Notes under the pieces: model-generated | Seen by the model: the letters and a program-made list of their open reading frames with translations, nothing else | What the model was told of the DNA's origin: nothing | Databases searched by the model: none | From: Polyangiales bacterium | Lineage (GTDB): Bacteria > Myxococcota_A > Polyangia > Polyangiales > JADJQN01 | Direction of reading: 5' to 3' | NCBI GenBank assembly: GCA_964202905.1 | Contig: CAXNJO010000002.1 | Location: 256,001-320,000, forward strand | DNA length: 64,000 nucleotides | Shown here: positions 30,375 through 39,757 of the stretch, piece by piece | How positions within the stretch are numbered: the stretch's first letter is position 1 | Layout: every line of letters starts with the position of its first letter | Made by a program: the position numbers and the translations under genes

Positions 30375-33098
30375 CTAGCGCGGCGTCAGGATCGCGAGAT
30401 GGTTGGGCTGCCGGTCGCCGATCGGCACCTCGATGCGGTAGGGGTGGAAACCGTCGAGCGTCACGTCGATCGCGTGCGCCCGCTCGGGGTCGAGGGGCAT
30501 GGACAACACGAGGGGTGTGACGCCGGGGATCGCGACGCCGTCGACCTTCACCTGCGCGCCCATCGGCACCGACGTCACGCGGGCAGGCTGCGGGACCGGG
30601 CGCGACGTGAGGAAGGCCGACACGCCGGCGAACGTGGCGACGAGCAGGCCGATGCCGAGCAGCCCGAGCCACAACGCGCGACGACGCCCGCTCCCCTCCG
30701 CGAAGAGCGCCGCGTACGCCCCCGTCGACGCGCCGGCGGGCGGGGCGGCGAAGGGGTCTTGCACGGGCTCGCGCAGCGGCGCGGCGGCGAGCGGCGACGC
30801 ACCACCCGCCCACGGGGGCGCGGGCGGCCACGCCTCGGGCGCAGCGACGGCGTGCGGCGCATCGACGTACGGCGGCGCTTCGAACGGATGCGGCGCAGAC
30901 GCCGGCGGAGGCCAGGACTGCGCGGGCCCGTGCACGGGAGGGAGCGGCGCGACCTCCGGGGGTGCGGTCGGCGCGGGCTGCGCCTGCACGGCCCGCGCGG
31001 CGGGCTGCGCCGGCACGGGTTGCCTTGACGCGGGTTGCGCGGCGGGCTGCGCGGGGAGCGCGGCCGCGCGTCGCTCCGGAGGCGGGACGGACCGTGGGCG
31101 GGGCGCCGGGGAACGCGCGGAAGCGGCCGCGGCGCGTGCAGCGGGCGCGATGGCGGGTGCCGCAGGCGCCACACCGCGGGACGCACGAGGCGGGTCCGGA
31201 GAGCGCTGCGAAGGCGCCGTCGCAGGACGCACCGACGGCGACGCAGCGGGGCGCTCCGCTGGCGCCGCCGCGGGACGCACCGACGGCGACGCCGCGGGGC
31301 GCTCCGCTGGCGCTGCCGCGGGACGCGCCGATGGCGACGCAGCTGGACGCGCCGCAGTCGGGGCGGCAGCGGGGCCCTCCGAACGCGGCGCCCCCGTCCG
31401 CGCGCGCGCTCCCTCGGCCGGACGCGGCAGCGACGCGGCGGGCTGCGCTGTCGGCGCAGGGCCGGGCGGTGGCGACGCGGGGGCCGCAGCAGCGCGCGCC
31501 TGGGCCGCGACGCGAATGAACGCGCGCGCCGCCGCCACGGTCTCCCCATCCTCGATGACGGTCGAGTCCTCGGACCAGCCAGCGTCGCTCCCCGTCTCGG
31601 GCCGCGACGCGACCCCGGCGCCTCCGGCGGCCCCGCGACGCAGCTGCGCGAACACACGCGCCGACGCGTCGCCGTCGAGGATGGAGGTGGGCTCGTCCTC
31701 CCAGAAATCGCGCGACGCCCCGTCGGGTGAGAGCAGCGAGCGCGTCGAGACCTCGCGACGCGACGGGCTCTGCACCGCCCGGGTGGCCTCGTCACGCCCG
31801 CCCGGGGCATCGACCTTGTCCGTGCGTGTGTGCGCGACGGGGAGCAGCGCGGTGCCCGTCGCGCCCGCGGCGCGATCCCCGGCGACGAGCATCGCCATCG
31901 CGCGTTGCAGGGCGGGCACGTCGTTGCGCGTGCGGTCGTCCTCGTCGTCGTCGTCGCCGAGCGCGAACATACCGGGCGCCGCCGCCGATGGCGCGGGGAC
32001 GCTCGGAAGCTCCCTCTGCGTGGGCGACGCGCGCCCCGCGACCCGCGTCGGAGCCCCGCCGAGCGGCGCGCGCTTGCCGACGGCGGTCCGCGTCGACGGC
32101 GGCTCCGCGGCGGTTTGCGGCTCGACGCCGCGCGTCAGGAGTTCAGCGTTGCGCTGCAGGTCCTCCGGGAAGAGTTCTTGCATCAGCGCAGCGACGCGCG
32201 ACGCCGTGAACGACGGCGACGTCGCGTAGAGCAGCTGCACGAGCGCCTGCGCCATCTCGTGCGCGCTCTGGAAACGCCGTTCCGGCTCGCGCGCGAGCGC
32301 CCGCATCACGACCGCCGAGAGCGCCGGGGGAATGTCCGCGCGGCGACGCTCCGGCGGCGCGATGTCCGCCTTGCGCACGCGGTCGAGCAGCGCGGGGATG
32401 CTGTCCTCGCGGTACAGCATCTCGCCGATGAGCAGCTCGTAGAGGACGATGCCCGCAGAGAAGATGTCGGAGCGATGGTCCATGGGATCGCCCCACGCCT
32501 GCTCCGGGCTCATGTAGTAGTACTTCCCCTTGATCACGCCGGCCTCGGTCTGCCCTGAGCGCAGCGCGGCCTTCGCGATCCCGAAGTCGACGATCTTGAC
32601 CTCGCCGTGGAAGCTCACGAGCACGTTCTGCGGCGAGATGTCCCGGTGGACGATGCCGAGCGGGCGTCCCTCCGCGTCGCGCTTGCGGTGCGCGTGGTCG
32701 AGGCCGTGGCAGACGCCGGCTGCGAGGAACATGCAGACGTCGAGCGGCAACGTCACGCCGAGCGAGCCGGCCTTGCGCAGGAGCCGCCAGGCGTCCGCGC
32801 CCTCGATGTACTCCAGCGCGATGTAGTACGTCCCGTCGACGACGCCGAGGTCGAAGATCTGGCCAATGTTCACGTGCGTGAGGAGGACGGCGATCTTCGC
32901 CTCCTCGACGAGAAGCTCCGTGAAGTGCGGGTCCTCCGAGAAGCGCGGGTGGATCACCTTGATCGCGACGAGCTTCTCGAAGCCGCCGACCCCGCGCGCG
33001 CGAGCGACGTAGACCTCCGCCATGCCGCCGACGGCGAGCCGGCGCAACAGCAGGTAGGGCCCGAATGGGCGCGGCAGATCGTGCGCGTCGTGGCTCAT
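30375..33098 (-). CDS. Ser/Thr protein kinase with long Pro/Ala linker, TM and C-terminal PEGA-like domain
   Basis: GGMAEVY, HRDISPQN, DFGIAK, KGKYYYMSPEQ; VTSVPMGAQVKVDG..GVTPL. Confidence 0.93.
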   Translation of the reverse strand: MSHDAHDLPRPFGPYLLLRRLAVGGMAEVYVARARGVGGFEKLVAIKVIHPRFSEDPHFTELLVEEAKIAVLLTHVNIGQIFDLGVVDGTYYIALEYIEGADAWRLLRKAGSLGVTLPLDVCMFLAAGVCHGLDHAHRKRDAEGRPLGIVHRDISPQNVLVSFHGEVKIVDFGIAKAALRSGQTEAGVIKGKYYYMSPEQAWGDPMDHRSDIFSAGIVLYELLIGEMLYREDSIPALLDRVRKADIAPPERRRADIPPALSAVVMRALAREPERRFQSAHEMAQALVQLLYATSPSFTASRVAALMQELFPEDLQRNAELLTRGVEPQTAAEPPSTRTAVGKRAPLGGAPTRVAGRASPTQRELPSVPAPSAAAPGMFALGDDDDEDDRTRNDVPALQRAMAMLVAGDRAAGATGTALLPVAHTRTDKVDAPGGRDEATRAVQSPSRREVSTRSLLSPDGASRDFWEDEPTSILDGDASARVFAQLRRGAAGGAGVASRPETGSDAGWSEDSTVIEDGETVAAARAFIRVAAQARAAAAPASPPPGPAPTAQPAASLPRPAEGARARTGAPRSEGPAAAPTAARPAASPSARPAAAPAERPAASPSVRPAAAPAERPAASPSVRPATAPSQRSPDPPRASRGVAPAAPAIAPAARAAAASARSPAPRPRSVPPPERRAAALPAQPAAQPASRQPVPAQPAARAVQAQPAPTAPPEVAPLPPVHGPAQSWPPPASAPHPFEAPPYVDAPHAVAAPEAWPPAPPWAGGASPLAAAPLREPVQDPFAAPPAGASTGAYAALFAEGSGRRRALWLGLLGIGLLVATFAGVSAFLTSRPVPQPARVTSVPMGAQVKVDGVAIPGVTPLVLSMPLDPERAHAIDVTLDGFHPYRIEVPIGDRQPNHLAILTPR
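31225..31350 (-). repeat. 48-nt coding tandem repeat (RPAASPSVRPAAAPAE, ~2.5 copies)
   Basis: ggacgcaccgacggcgacgc recurs at a 48-nt period. Confidence 0.8.
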
Positions 33099-33276
33099 CG
33101 CCGCCGCCCCCCCCCGCTCACCGCCGGTCGCGCACGTCGGGCCATGGACTTCGGCATGGTAACGGGGTGCGGCCCCGAGCGTAAAGAAGCGCGCGGGTGG
33201 CGCTTGCCCGCCGCTCTGCCTTCGCGCAACCTCGCCGCGCCGTCGCGGAGCCCGCGCGGCGGGAGGACCTGACGCG

Positions 33277-33804
33277 ATGACCGCCGAACCCCGGGACGCC
33301 GCTGACGGCCTCCGCCCGCGAGTGAGCGCCGCCATGCTGCGCGAGATCGGCCTCTTCGGTGGGCTCGACGAGGGGACCCTCGTGCTCCTGGCGCGCGAGC
33401 TCCCCACCCAGCACGCGGACGCGGGCGCCGTCGTCGTCCGCGAGGGCGATCAGGCGCGCGAGATGTACGTCGTGGTCGCCGGCGAGCTCGAGGTCGTCAA
33501 GCACGGTCGCGGCGGCGACGTGCGGGTTGCGCTGCTCGGGTCGGGCGACTGGTTCGGCGAGATGGCGATCCTCGACGTCCAGCCCCGCTCGGCGACGGTG
33601 CGCGCGGTGGCGCCGACGATGCTGGTGCGCATGAGCGCCGAGCATGTCGACCAGCTGCTCTACCGCCGCGACGTGAAGGCCCATGCGCTGCTCGTGATGA
33701 ACATCGCGCGCGAGTTGTCGCGACGCCTGCGCGTCGCCGACGGCATCCTCTCGCAGATGTTCCCGGCCGTCGCCGACGAGTACGTGCGACAGACCCGCCG
33801 CTGA
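33277..33804 (+). CDS. Stand-alone cyclic nucleotide-binding domain protein
   Basis: VVREGD..MYVVVAGELEV..FGEMAIL..RSATVRA; no HTH. Confidence 0.9.
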   Translation: MTAEPRDAADGLRPRVSAAMLREIGLFGGLDEGTLVLLARELPTQHADAGAVVVREGDQAREMYVVVAGELEVVKHGRGGDVRVALLGSGDWFGEMAILDVQPRSATVRAVAPTMLVRMSAEHVDQLLYRRDVKAHALLVMNIARELSRRLRVADGILSQMFPAVADEYVRQTRR

Positions 33805-33922
33805 GCGCCGCCCAGCGAGACCTCGCCGCGCGCCCTGGGGGCCGACGCACCGCGCGCACGCCCGGCCCGCTCTCCCCCACACACGTCGGTGCATGCGCGC
33901 GACCATCGTGAGGCGCGCGGGT

Positions 33923-34798
33923 TCAGCCGGCGGCCGGCGGCTCCGTCATCGCCGCCTTCCGCTCCTCTTCGCGATCCTTGTAGCTCTCGAGGATGATGGT
34001 GGCCGTCTCCTCGATCGCGCGGCCGCTCACGTCGATGACCATCCACTCCGGGTGCTCGCGGAAGAGATCGTTCGCGTATTCGAGCTCGGCGCGGACGTGC
34101 TCACGGAGGCCGTAGTTCGTCTCGGCGGGCATGCCGAGTTGCACGAGCCGCGCGCGACGGATTTCGAGGAGTTTGTCGATGCCGACGGTGAGCCCGACGA
34201 CGCGATCGGGCGGGACCTCGAAGAGCTCGTTCGGCGGCGGCACGCCGAGCACGAGCGGCACGTTCGCGACACGCAGCCCGCGCCCCGCGAGGTACGTGGA
34301 GAGCGGAGTCTTGCTGGTGCGCGAGACGCCCGCGAGCACGAGGTCGGCCTTGCGGAGGTTGCGCGGCTCCTTTCCGTCGTCGCTCTTGACCGCGAACTCG
34401 ATCGCCTCGACGCGGCGGAAGTACTCCTCGCTGAGGGGCATCGACGCGCTCGGGATGTTGATGGGCGAGGCGTCGAGGAACGTGCCGACCTTCGCGATGA
34501 TCGCGCCGATGACGTCGACCGCCTCGACGTGGTGCTGCCGCGCGAGGGCGTGGAACACCTCGCGCTGCTCGGGCGACACCAGCGTGAACACGACGAGCGC
34601 GCCAGCCTCTCCGGCCTTTTGGAGCACGTCCGCGACCGCGTCGCGATCACGCACACGCGTGAAGAGGCGCAACCGCACCTTGTGGCTCGGGAACTGGAGG
34701 AGCGACGCGCGCACGACCCGCTCGGCCGTCTCACCGGTGGAGTCGCTGACGACGAAGATCGAGCGCTGCTGCGCAGCGGCGGCCTGAATGGGGTTCAT
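33923..34798 (-). CDS. ppsR: PEP synthase/PPDK regulatory kinase-pyrophosphorylase (DUF299)
   Basis: VSDSTGETAE, YFRRVEAIEFAVKSDDG, GVSRTSKTP, VANVPL, AIEETA. Confidence 0.93.
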   Translation of the reverse strand: MNPIQAAAAQQRSIFVVSDSTGETAERVVRASLLQFPSHKVRLRLFTRVRDRDAVADVLQKAGEAGALVVFTLVSPEQREVFHALARQHHVEAVDVIGAIIAKVGTFLDASPINIPSASMPLSEEYFRRVEAIEFAVKSDDGKEPRNLRKADLVLAGVSRTSKTPLSTYLAGRGLRVANVPLVLGVPPPNELFEVPPDRVVGLTVGIDKLLEIRRARLVQLGMPAETNYGLREHVRAELEYANDLFREHPEWMVIDVSGRAIEETATIILESYKDREEERKAAMTEPPAAG

Positions 34799-35020
34799 CG
34801 GCGGGGACGCTAGCACGGGGCGCGGCGAGGACGGCGGCGCGACGACATCGGCGCTCCTCGGTCCGCGGGCGCGCGCGGGGGCGGTGTCCTTCTGCGCTGC
34901 GAACGTCAGCGCCGTGAGGCCGGCACCGTGGAGGGCTGCGAGGCGCGGCCAGACCTCGCCGCATGCGGAGCGCGCGCCGCGGATGCCGGGGCCGCGCGCA
35001 TGCCGACCGCCAGCACGACG

Positions 35021-35052
35021 AAGCCCCGCGACGCCGAGGGCGTGCGGGGCTT
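35021..35052 (-). terminator. Putative intrinsic terminator after small basic ORF
   Basis: Hairpin aagccccgc(g)acgcc-gag-ggcgt-gcggggctt; minus-strand tail CTTCGTCGT, the same as after atpE. Confidence 0.6.
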
Positions 35053-35105
35053 GGTGCGAGTCACGGGGTGGCGCGGCGAGCGTCACCGCCGCGGGGGCGC
35101 AGCGA

Positions 35106-35240
35106 CTAGAGGCGCTGACCCTGCTTGCGGCCGTGCATGCGGTTCACGCGGCGACGGTTCTTCGCCTTGTGCGCGGCCTTCTTGCGGGACGTGCGGCTGC
35201 GGTCCTTGCTGCGGGGCTTCCTGGTTCCGAAGAGATACAT
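35106..35240 (-). CDS. 44-aa highly basic small protein (not in ORF track)
   Basis: MYLFGTRKPRSKDRSRTSRKKAAHKAKNRRRVNRMHGRKQGQRL*; AGGA SD; mostly aag/cgc codons; downstream hairpin. Confidence 0.75.
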   Translation of the reverse strand: MYLFGTRKPRSKDRSRTSRKKAAHKAKNRRRVNRMHGRKQGQRL

Positions 35241-35303
35241 GGTGATGTCCTGATGCGTGCTGGGGGAGGGCGTGGCCCGCCTCGAAATAGGAGTCGCTCA
35301 ATG

Positions 35304-35345
35304 ACAGAAGGCCCCGGCACCGTCAAGCGCCAGGGCCTTCTCTGT
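35304..35345 (-). terminator. Inverted repeat downstream of Cys-rich lipoprotein gene
   Basis: acagaaggccc..gggccttctctgt stem. Confidence 0.55.
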
Positions 35346-35378
35346 GGGGTGCGCGGGCCGGGCACCGCGCGGTTCACA

Positions 35379-36893
35379 CTACATCAGGGTGCACTCGCCG
35401 AGCGCGGTCGCCGTGGCGCCGTCGCAGCGGTAGCCGGTGTTGCAGTCGGCGTTCGTGGAGCAGCCGGGGAAGCAGTGCTTCGTCGCGTCCGTGTCGCCGG
35501 GGGTGAGGTCCGTGCAGCCGTAGGCGGCGCGGCCCATGTCGGCGCTGCAGTCCGTCGCCGCCGTGCAGGTGCGGAGGCAGATCGAGGTCTCGGCGCTGAG
35601 CGAGACACAGGCGTTGCCCGCGCCGCACGCATCCGCCGGGAGGTTCGAGCAGCCGAGGAGCGAGCAGGTCGCGAGCGCCTCGGAGAAGATGCAGCGCCCG
35701 AGGCCGTACGGCGACCAGCACTGCTCGTCGGCGTCGCGGTCGCCCGGGCCGTCCGGGTCCATGCAGGCCGCGCCGATGTTCTCCGTCGTGATGGGGTTGT
35801 AGTTGCCGGGGAGGCAGCCACCGTTGATCGCTACGGCCGGGGTGCTCGTGCCATCCCAGAAGCAGGCGTAGCCGTCGCGGCAGTCGTCGTCGCCCGCGCC
35901 CGCGCCCGTCGCCGAGTCGCCGACGTCGTCGGCGATCTTGCAGCCCTGCGAGCAGAGGTTCGTGCCGAAGCCGACGTCGAGGCACTTGCCGTCGCCCGCG
36001 CAGCCGACGACGTCGCAGCCGAACTTCGTGCAGTAGCCGCCCTCGAACTGGGTGAGGCAGCGGCCGTCGGCCTCGCACTGGCTGTCACGGCCGCAGGTGG
36101 CGCCTGCCGTCACGCCCGTCGTGCCGGGCTGGGTGCAGCGGCCGGTGGCGGCGTTGCACGTCGCGCCGCCCGCGATGTCGAGCACGAGGCGATCGGGGGA
36201 GGGGCCGCCCATGGGGCCCTCGCGCTCGATCTCGCCGTTCATGTTCGTGTCTTCGCGGTAGAGCTGGCACTCCTGGTCGGCCTGGCAGCCGAAGATGCAG
36301 ACCTTCTCGCCGAAGTCACAGGTGTAGCCGGGGCGGCAGGGGTTCGTCGCCGCGGTCGGCTCGCAGCGCTGGTAACACTGCACGATGTTGTCGCCCATCT
36401 GGTCCGGGCCGATCGAGGTGCACTTCGCGCAGGCGGGGCAGCCGTCCATGCCGGGGGTGTCGTCGTCGGGCGTCGGGTCACACGCGCCGGGCATGCCCTC
36501 GCGCGAGCCGCCGCTGCTGATCACGGCGTTCGTGCAGTAGCCGTCCTGGAAGTAGACGCCGGGGTACGAGGTCGTGCCGCCGTCGGGCAGGTACACGGGC
36601 TCGTCCATCGGGCCGCCCTGCGTGAAGGCGATCTCATCTTGGCAGGAAAGGCTTGCCGGGTTGCAGCCGCGGGCGACGTCGCACGCGCGCCCGATCGCGC
36701 AGGTCGGTCCGCCGCCCAGGTCGGGGCCGCCGGCGTCCGGCGCGCCCGTGTCCGGACGGTTCCCGTCGATGGGGATGATGAAGCCATCGGTGCCGCCGCC
36801 GGCATCCACCGGAGCGCGGTCATCGTCACCGCAACCCACGCCGCCGAGCGCGAGCACCACGAACAGCCCAAGAGAGCTCCACTGCCTGTTCAT
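35379..36893 (-). CDS. Cys-rich lipoprotein (myxobacterial disulfide-rich repeats)
   Basis: GGAGG SD; lipobox GVG-C-GDDD; GYCT/CxxGYxC repeats. Confidence 0.82.
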   Translation of the reverse strand: MNRQWSSLGLFVVLALGGVGCGDDDRAPVDAGGGTDGFIIPIDGNRPDTGAPDAGGPDLGGGPTCAIGRACDVARGCNPASLSCQDEIAFTQGGPMDEPVYLPDGGTTSYPGVYFQDGYCTNAVISSGGSREGMPGACDPTPDDDTPGMDGCPACAKCTSIGPDQMGDNIVQCYQRCEPTAATNPCRPGYTCDFGEKVCIFGCQADQECQLYREDTNMNGEIEREGPMGGPSPDRLVLDIAGGATCNAATGRCTQPGTTGVTAGATCGRDSQCEADGRCLTQFEGGYCTKFGCDVVGCAGDGKCLDVGFGTNLCSQGCKIADDVGDSATGAGAGDDDCRDGYACFWDGTSTPAVAINGGCLPGNYNPITTENIGAACMDPDGPGDRDADEQCWSPYGLGRCIFSEALATCSLLGCSNLPADACGAGNACVSLSAETSICLRTCTAATDCSADMGRAAYGCTDLTPGDTDATKHCFPGCSTNADCNTGYRCDGATATALGECTLM

Positions 36894-36952
36894 CTGCGAA
36901 CCTCCGAATTCGAGGGTGCGGCGACATGGTCGGCCGCGAACACGAGCGACGG

Positions 36953-36982
36953 ACCCTACGGGAGGTGGCGGCACGGTGTCAA
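36953..36982 (-). promoter_or_regulatory. Putative sigma70 promoter
   Basis: TTGACA-N18-TAGGGT ~60 nt upstream of 36893. Confidence 0.55.
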
Positions 36983-37268
36983 GGACGGGCGCCCGGACCG
37001 GGCCGGGGCGACCACGCTCGACGACCGGGACGGCCTCGCCGCGGGGAGCCGGTTCGACGGGGCGCCTGCGCGACCCGCGTTGGGGTGAGTAGCACGTCCC
37101 GGGCCGCGGCGCCCCGCGCGCGATTCGACCCGTCGTTGCACCACGGGCCGCCCTCGGTCTGCGACGTGCGCGTCGCGGGTCACGGGCCGGTGTCAGCAAA
37201 TGCACGCGCCCGCTCCGAAGGCCAGGCCGGCAGACCTGCGCCGGGGCCGCGGCGCACTGAATGGCGAT

Positions 37269-37949
37269 TCAGCGGCGGCCCTCTCCGCGGCCGCGCAGGC
37301 GACGCAGCGCCGCGAGGTAGTCGGCGCGGGTGAGCACCCCGGCGTCGATGAGCGCGAGCAGGAGCGCCTCGTGGCGTTGCTCCGGCGTCGCCTCGCCGCC
37401 CGGCACGGCGATCCGCGCGGCGGCCGCGGTGCGCTCGGCGTCGAGGGCGGCGTCGGTGCGGCGCGTCGTCTCGGGCGCGAGGTCGTCGCGGGGGGACGCG
37501 GGCGACGAGGCCCCCGCGCGCTCGGCGCGGCCGTACTGGCGGTCGAGCGTGGCGCGGACCCCGGACAGCGTCGTGACGAGCACGGCGACGTCGAGGCCGG
37601 TGACCTCTTGGACGGCCGCACGCGCCTCGGCGTCGAGCGGGTCGACGAACGCCACGCGCAGCGAAGCCGTGAGCGTGTCGGGCGCGATCGGCACCGCGAG
37701 GTGACGCCGCGCGACGTCCTCCGGCACGAGGTGCGCGACCTCGGCGTCGAGGGTGCGCCCCGCGAGCTCGAGGACGACCGTCCCCATCGCGCGTGCGAGG
37801 GCCTCGGCGAGCGCCTGCTCGTCGACGAGGCCCCGATCGACGAGCACCTCCGCGAGCGGCCGCGACGCGCGCAGGGCCTCGGCGCGCGCCGCGTCGAGCG
37901 ACGCTCGCGGCACGAGTCCCTGCGCGACGAGCAGCCCCGCGAGGTCCAT
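37269..37949 (-). CDS. Stand-alone MshEN/GspE N-terminal domain protein (no ATPase)
   Basis: LAGLLVAQGLV..LAEVLVDRGLVDE; LVPEDVARRHLAVPI..LRVAFVDPLD. Confidence 0.8.
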   Translation of the reverse strand: MDLAGLLVAQGLVPRASLDAARAEALRASRPLAEVLVDRGLVDEQALAEALARAMGTVVLELAGRTLDAEVAHLVPEDVARRHLAVPIAPDTLTASLRVAFVDPLDAEARAAVQEVTGLDVAVLVTTLSGVRATLDRQYGRAERAGASSPASPRDDLAPETTRRTDAALDAERTAAAARIAVPGGEATPEQRHEALLLALIDAGVLTRADYLAALRRLRGRGEGRR

Positions 37950-38031
37950 GCGCCGCCGTTTATACCCGATCGCCCCGCGCCCGCGTGGCGGCACGCGCGG
38001 ACACCGCGCGATTTGCTACCGTGCCCCCGCG

Positions 38032-39726
38032 ATGCGCGTCCCGACCTCCTTGCTCCCGGCCGCTCCGTTCGCGGCCCCCTCGCTCGCCACCCTCTCGCTC
38101 GCCACCCTCTCTCTCGCGGCGCCGTTCATCGTCGCGTGCGGCGGCGCGTCCCCCGCGGCGCCCGCGACCGCGACCGCGCCGACCAGCGCGCCGAGCACAC
38201 AACCCGCGACGGTCGGCAGTGAGACCCCCCCGGGCGAGGCCGGGGCACGCGACGCGGAGCTCGCCGCGCTGCTTACCGAAGTGCTTACACCCCAGCTCTG
38301 CCCGCGGCTGCTCGGGAGTTACGTCGGGCTCCCGGGCGAAGGCGGCGAGACGGGCCCCGCGGCGGGTCGCAACCCGAGCGTCGGGCGCTGGTGGATCCGG
38401 CGCTGCGATGCGCAGATCCGCGACGGGCACCTCGCGCTGACGCTCGGCGGGATGGGCTGGACGTGGGTGGACCGCGAGTCGTCGGGCTTCCGGGTCCGGC
38501 AGTACCTGCTCGTCGACATGGACGCGCAACTCAGCGTCGATCTCGAGGTCGGCTACGACCGGGCGCGCCGCCTCGCGACCCTGTGGATGCGCCCCCCGCA
38601 GGGCGCGGCGGTGAGCGCGCACGTGACGCCGCGCGGCCTCGTCACCGCGGAGGCGACGGGCTTCTTTTCGTCGGTGATCGGCGGTGTCCTCCCGGTCTTC
38701 GGTGCGAGCCCGAGCGAGCTCGCGCGCGCGCAGGTCGCGGAGATCGGCTCGACGACCCTCCGCGAGCGGCTCGGAGGCGGGTTCACGATGACCTACGCGA
38801 TCGATCGCCGGCAGGCGGACTTCATGGTCGGCGCGCTCTCGCGGGGCGAGACCCCGGAGCGCCCCTTCGACGAGCCCACCACGCAGCCGTGGTCGGTGAA
38901 CCAACGTTCGCGCGTATGGCCCGGCGGCCTCGACGTCGTCGGACCGATCGATGCATCGCAGGCCGCGCAGGGCCTCGACATCGAGCTCGAAGAGGGCGAA
39001 GGCGCGGTCGTCCGCACCGTCTGCGCGGAGCCGATGGAGCGCTACTTCGACCAGCGTCTCCAGGCCCCGACGCGCGCCGTCGCGCCGCCGGGCGGTGCGC
39101 CGCTCGTCGAGCTCACGCGCACCGGCGTCGTGCAGCACGTCGTCCTGCCGCGCGCGCCCTGCCCGACCCTGCTGCTCCTCGCGCCACGCAGCGGGAGCGC
39201 CCTCCCCGTGCAGCTCCGCTACCGCGTCGCCCCCGAGGGCTCGGCGCCGCGTCCTGCTGCGATCACGAACCCGACGTCAGCCACCGACGCGCACCCGGGA
39301 ACCGCGCAGTCGCAGTCCCCGGCCCGCCCGCGGCGCGTGCGGATCCAACTCGTCGGGGCGACGGTGAGCGCACAGAACGCCGCCGGGCGTGATTGGGACG
39401 TGGTCGGCGGCGAGGCCGACGTCTACCTCACGACCGCCTCGGTGCCGCTCGCCCGCGAGATCGATCGCACCCCCGTGGACGAGAACGCGAACACCGTCCG
39501 CTGGGATCGCTGGCTCCCCGGCGCCTTCGATCCGCAGGTCGATCTCCCGCTCCGCTTCTCGCTCTTCGACGAGGACGCGACGCTCGACGAGCTGGTCGGC
39601 ACCGTGGACCTCGACGGCGCGTCCCTGCCCGCGACGACGAGCGAGGTCGCGCTGCCCGTCCGCACGACCGGCGCCGTGCCCCGCCAGCTCGGCACGCTGC
39701 GGCTGCGCATCGAGCCTCTGCCTTGA
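38032..39726 (+). CDS. Hypothetical lipoprotein with C-terminal C2-like domain
   Basis: Lipobox IVA-C; WDVVGGEADVY..LRFSLFDEDATLDELVG. Confidence 0.7.
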   Translation: MRVPTSLLPAAPFAAPSLATLSLATLSLAAPFIVACGGASPAAPATATAPTSAPSTQPATVGSETPPGEAGARDAELAALLTEVLTPQLCPRLLGSYVGLPGEGGETGPAAGRNPSVGRWWIRRCDAQIRDGHLALTLGGMGWTWVDRESSGFRVRQYLLVDMDAQLSVDLEVGYDRARRLATLWMRPPQGAAVSAHVTPRGLVTAEATGFFSSVIGGVLPVFGASPSELARAQVAEIGSTTLRERLGGGFTMTYAIDRRQADFMVGALSRGETPERPFDEPTTQPWSVNQRSRVWPGGLDVVGPIDASQAAQGLDIELEEGEGAVVRTVCAEPMERYFDQRLQAPTRAVAPPGGAPLVELTRTGVVQHVVLPRAPCPTLLLLAPRSGSALPVQLRYRVAPEGSAPRPAAITNPTSATDAHPGTAQSQSPARPRRVRIQLVGATVSAQNAAGRDWDVVGGEADVYLTTASVPLAREIDRTPVDENANTVRWDRWLPGAFDPQVDLPLRFSLFDEDATLDELVGTVDLDGASLPATTSEVALPVRTTGAVPRQLGTLRLRIEPLP

Positions 39727-39757
39727 CGCGGCCGCGCGTGCTACATCCGCGGCCGTC

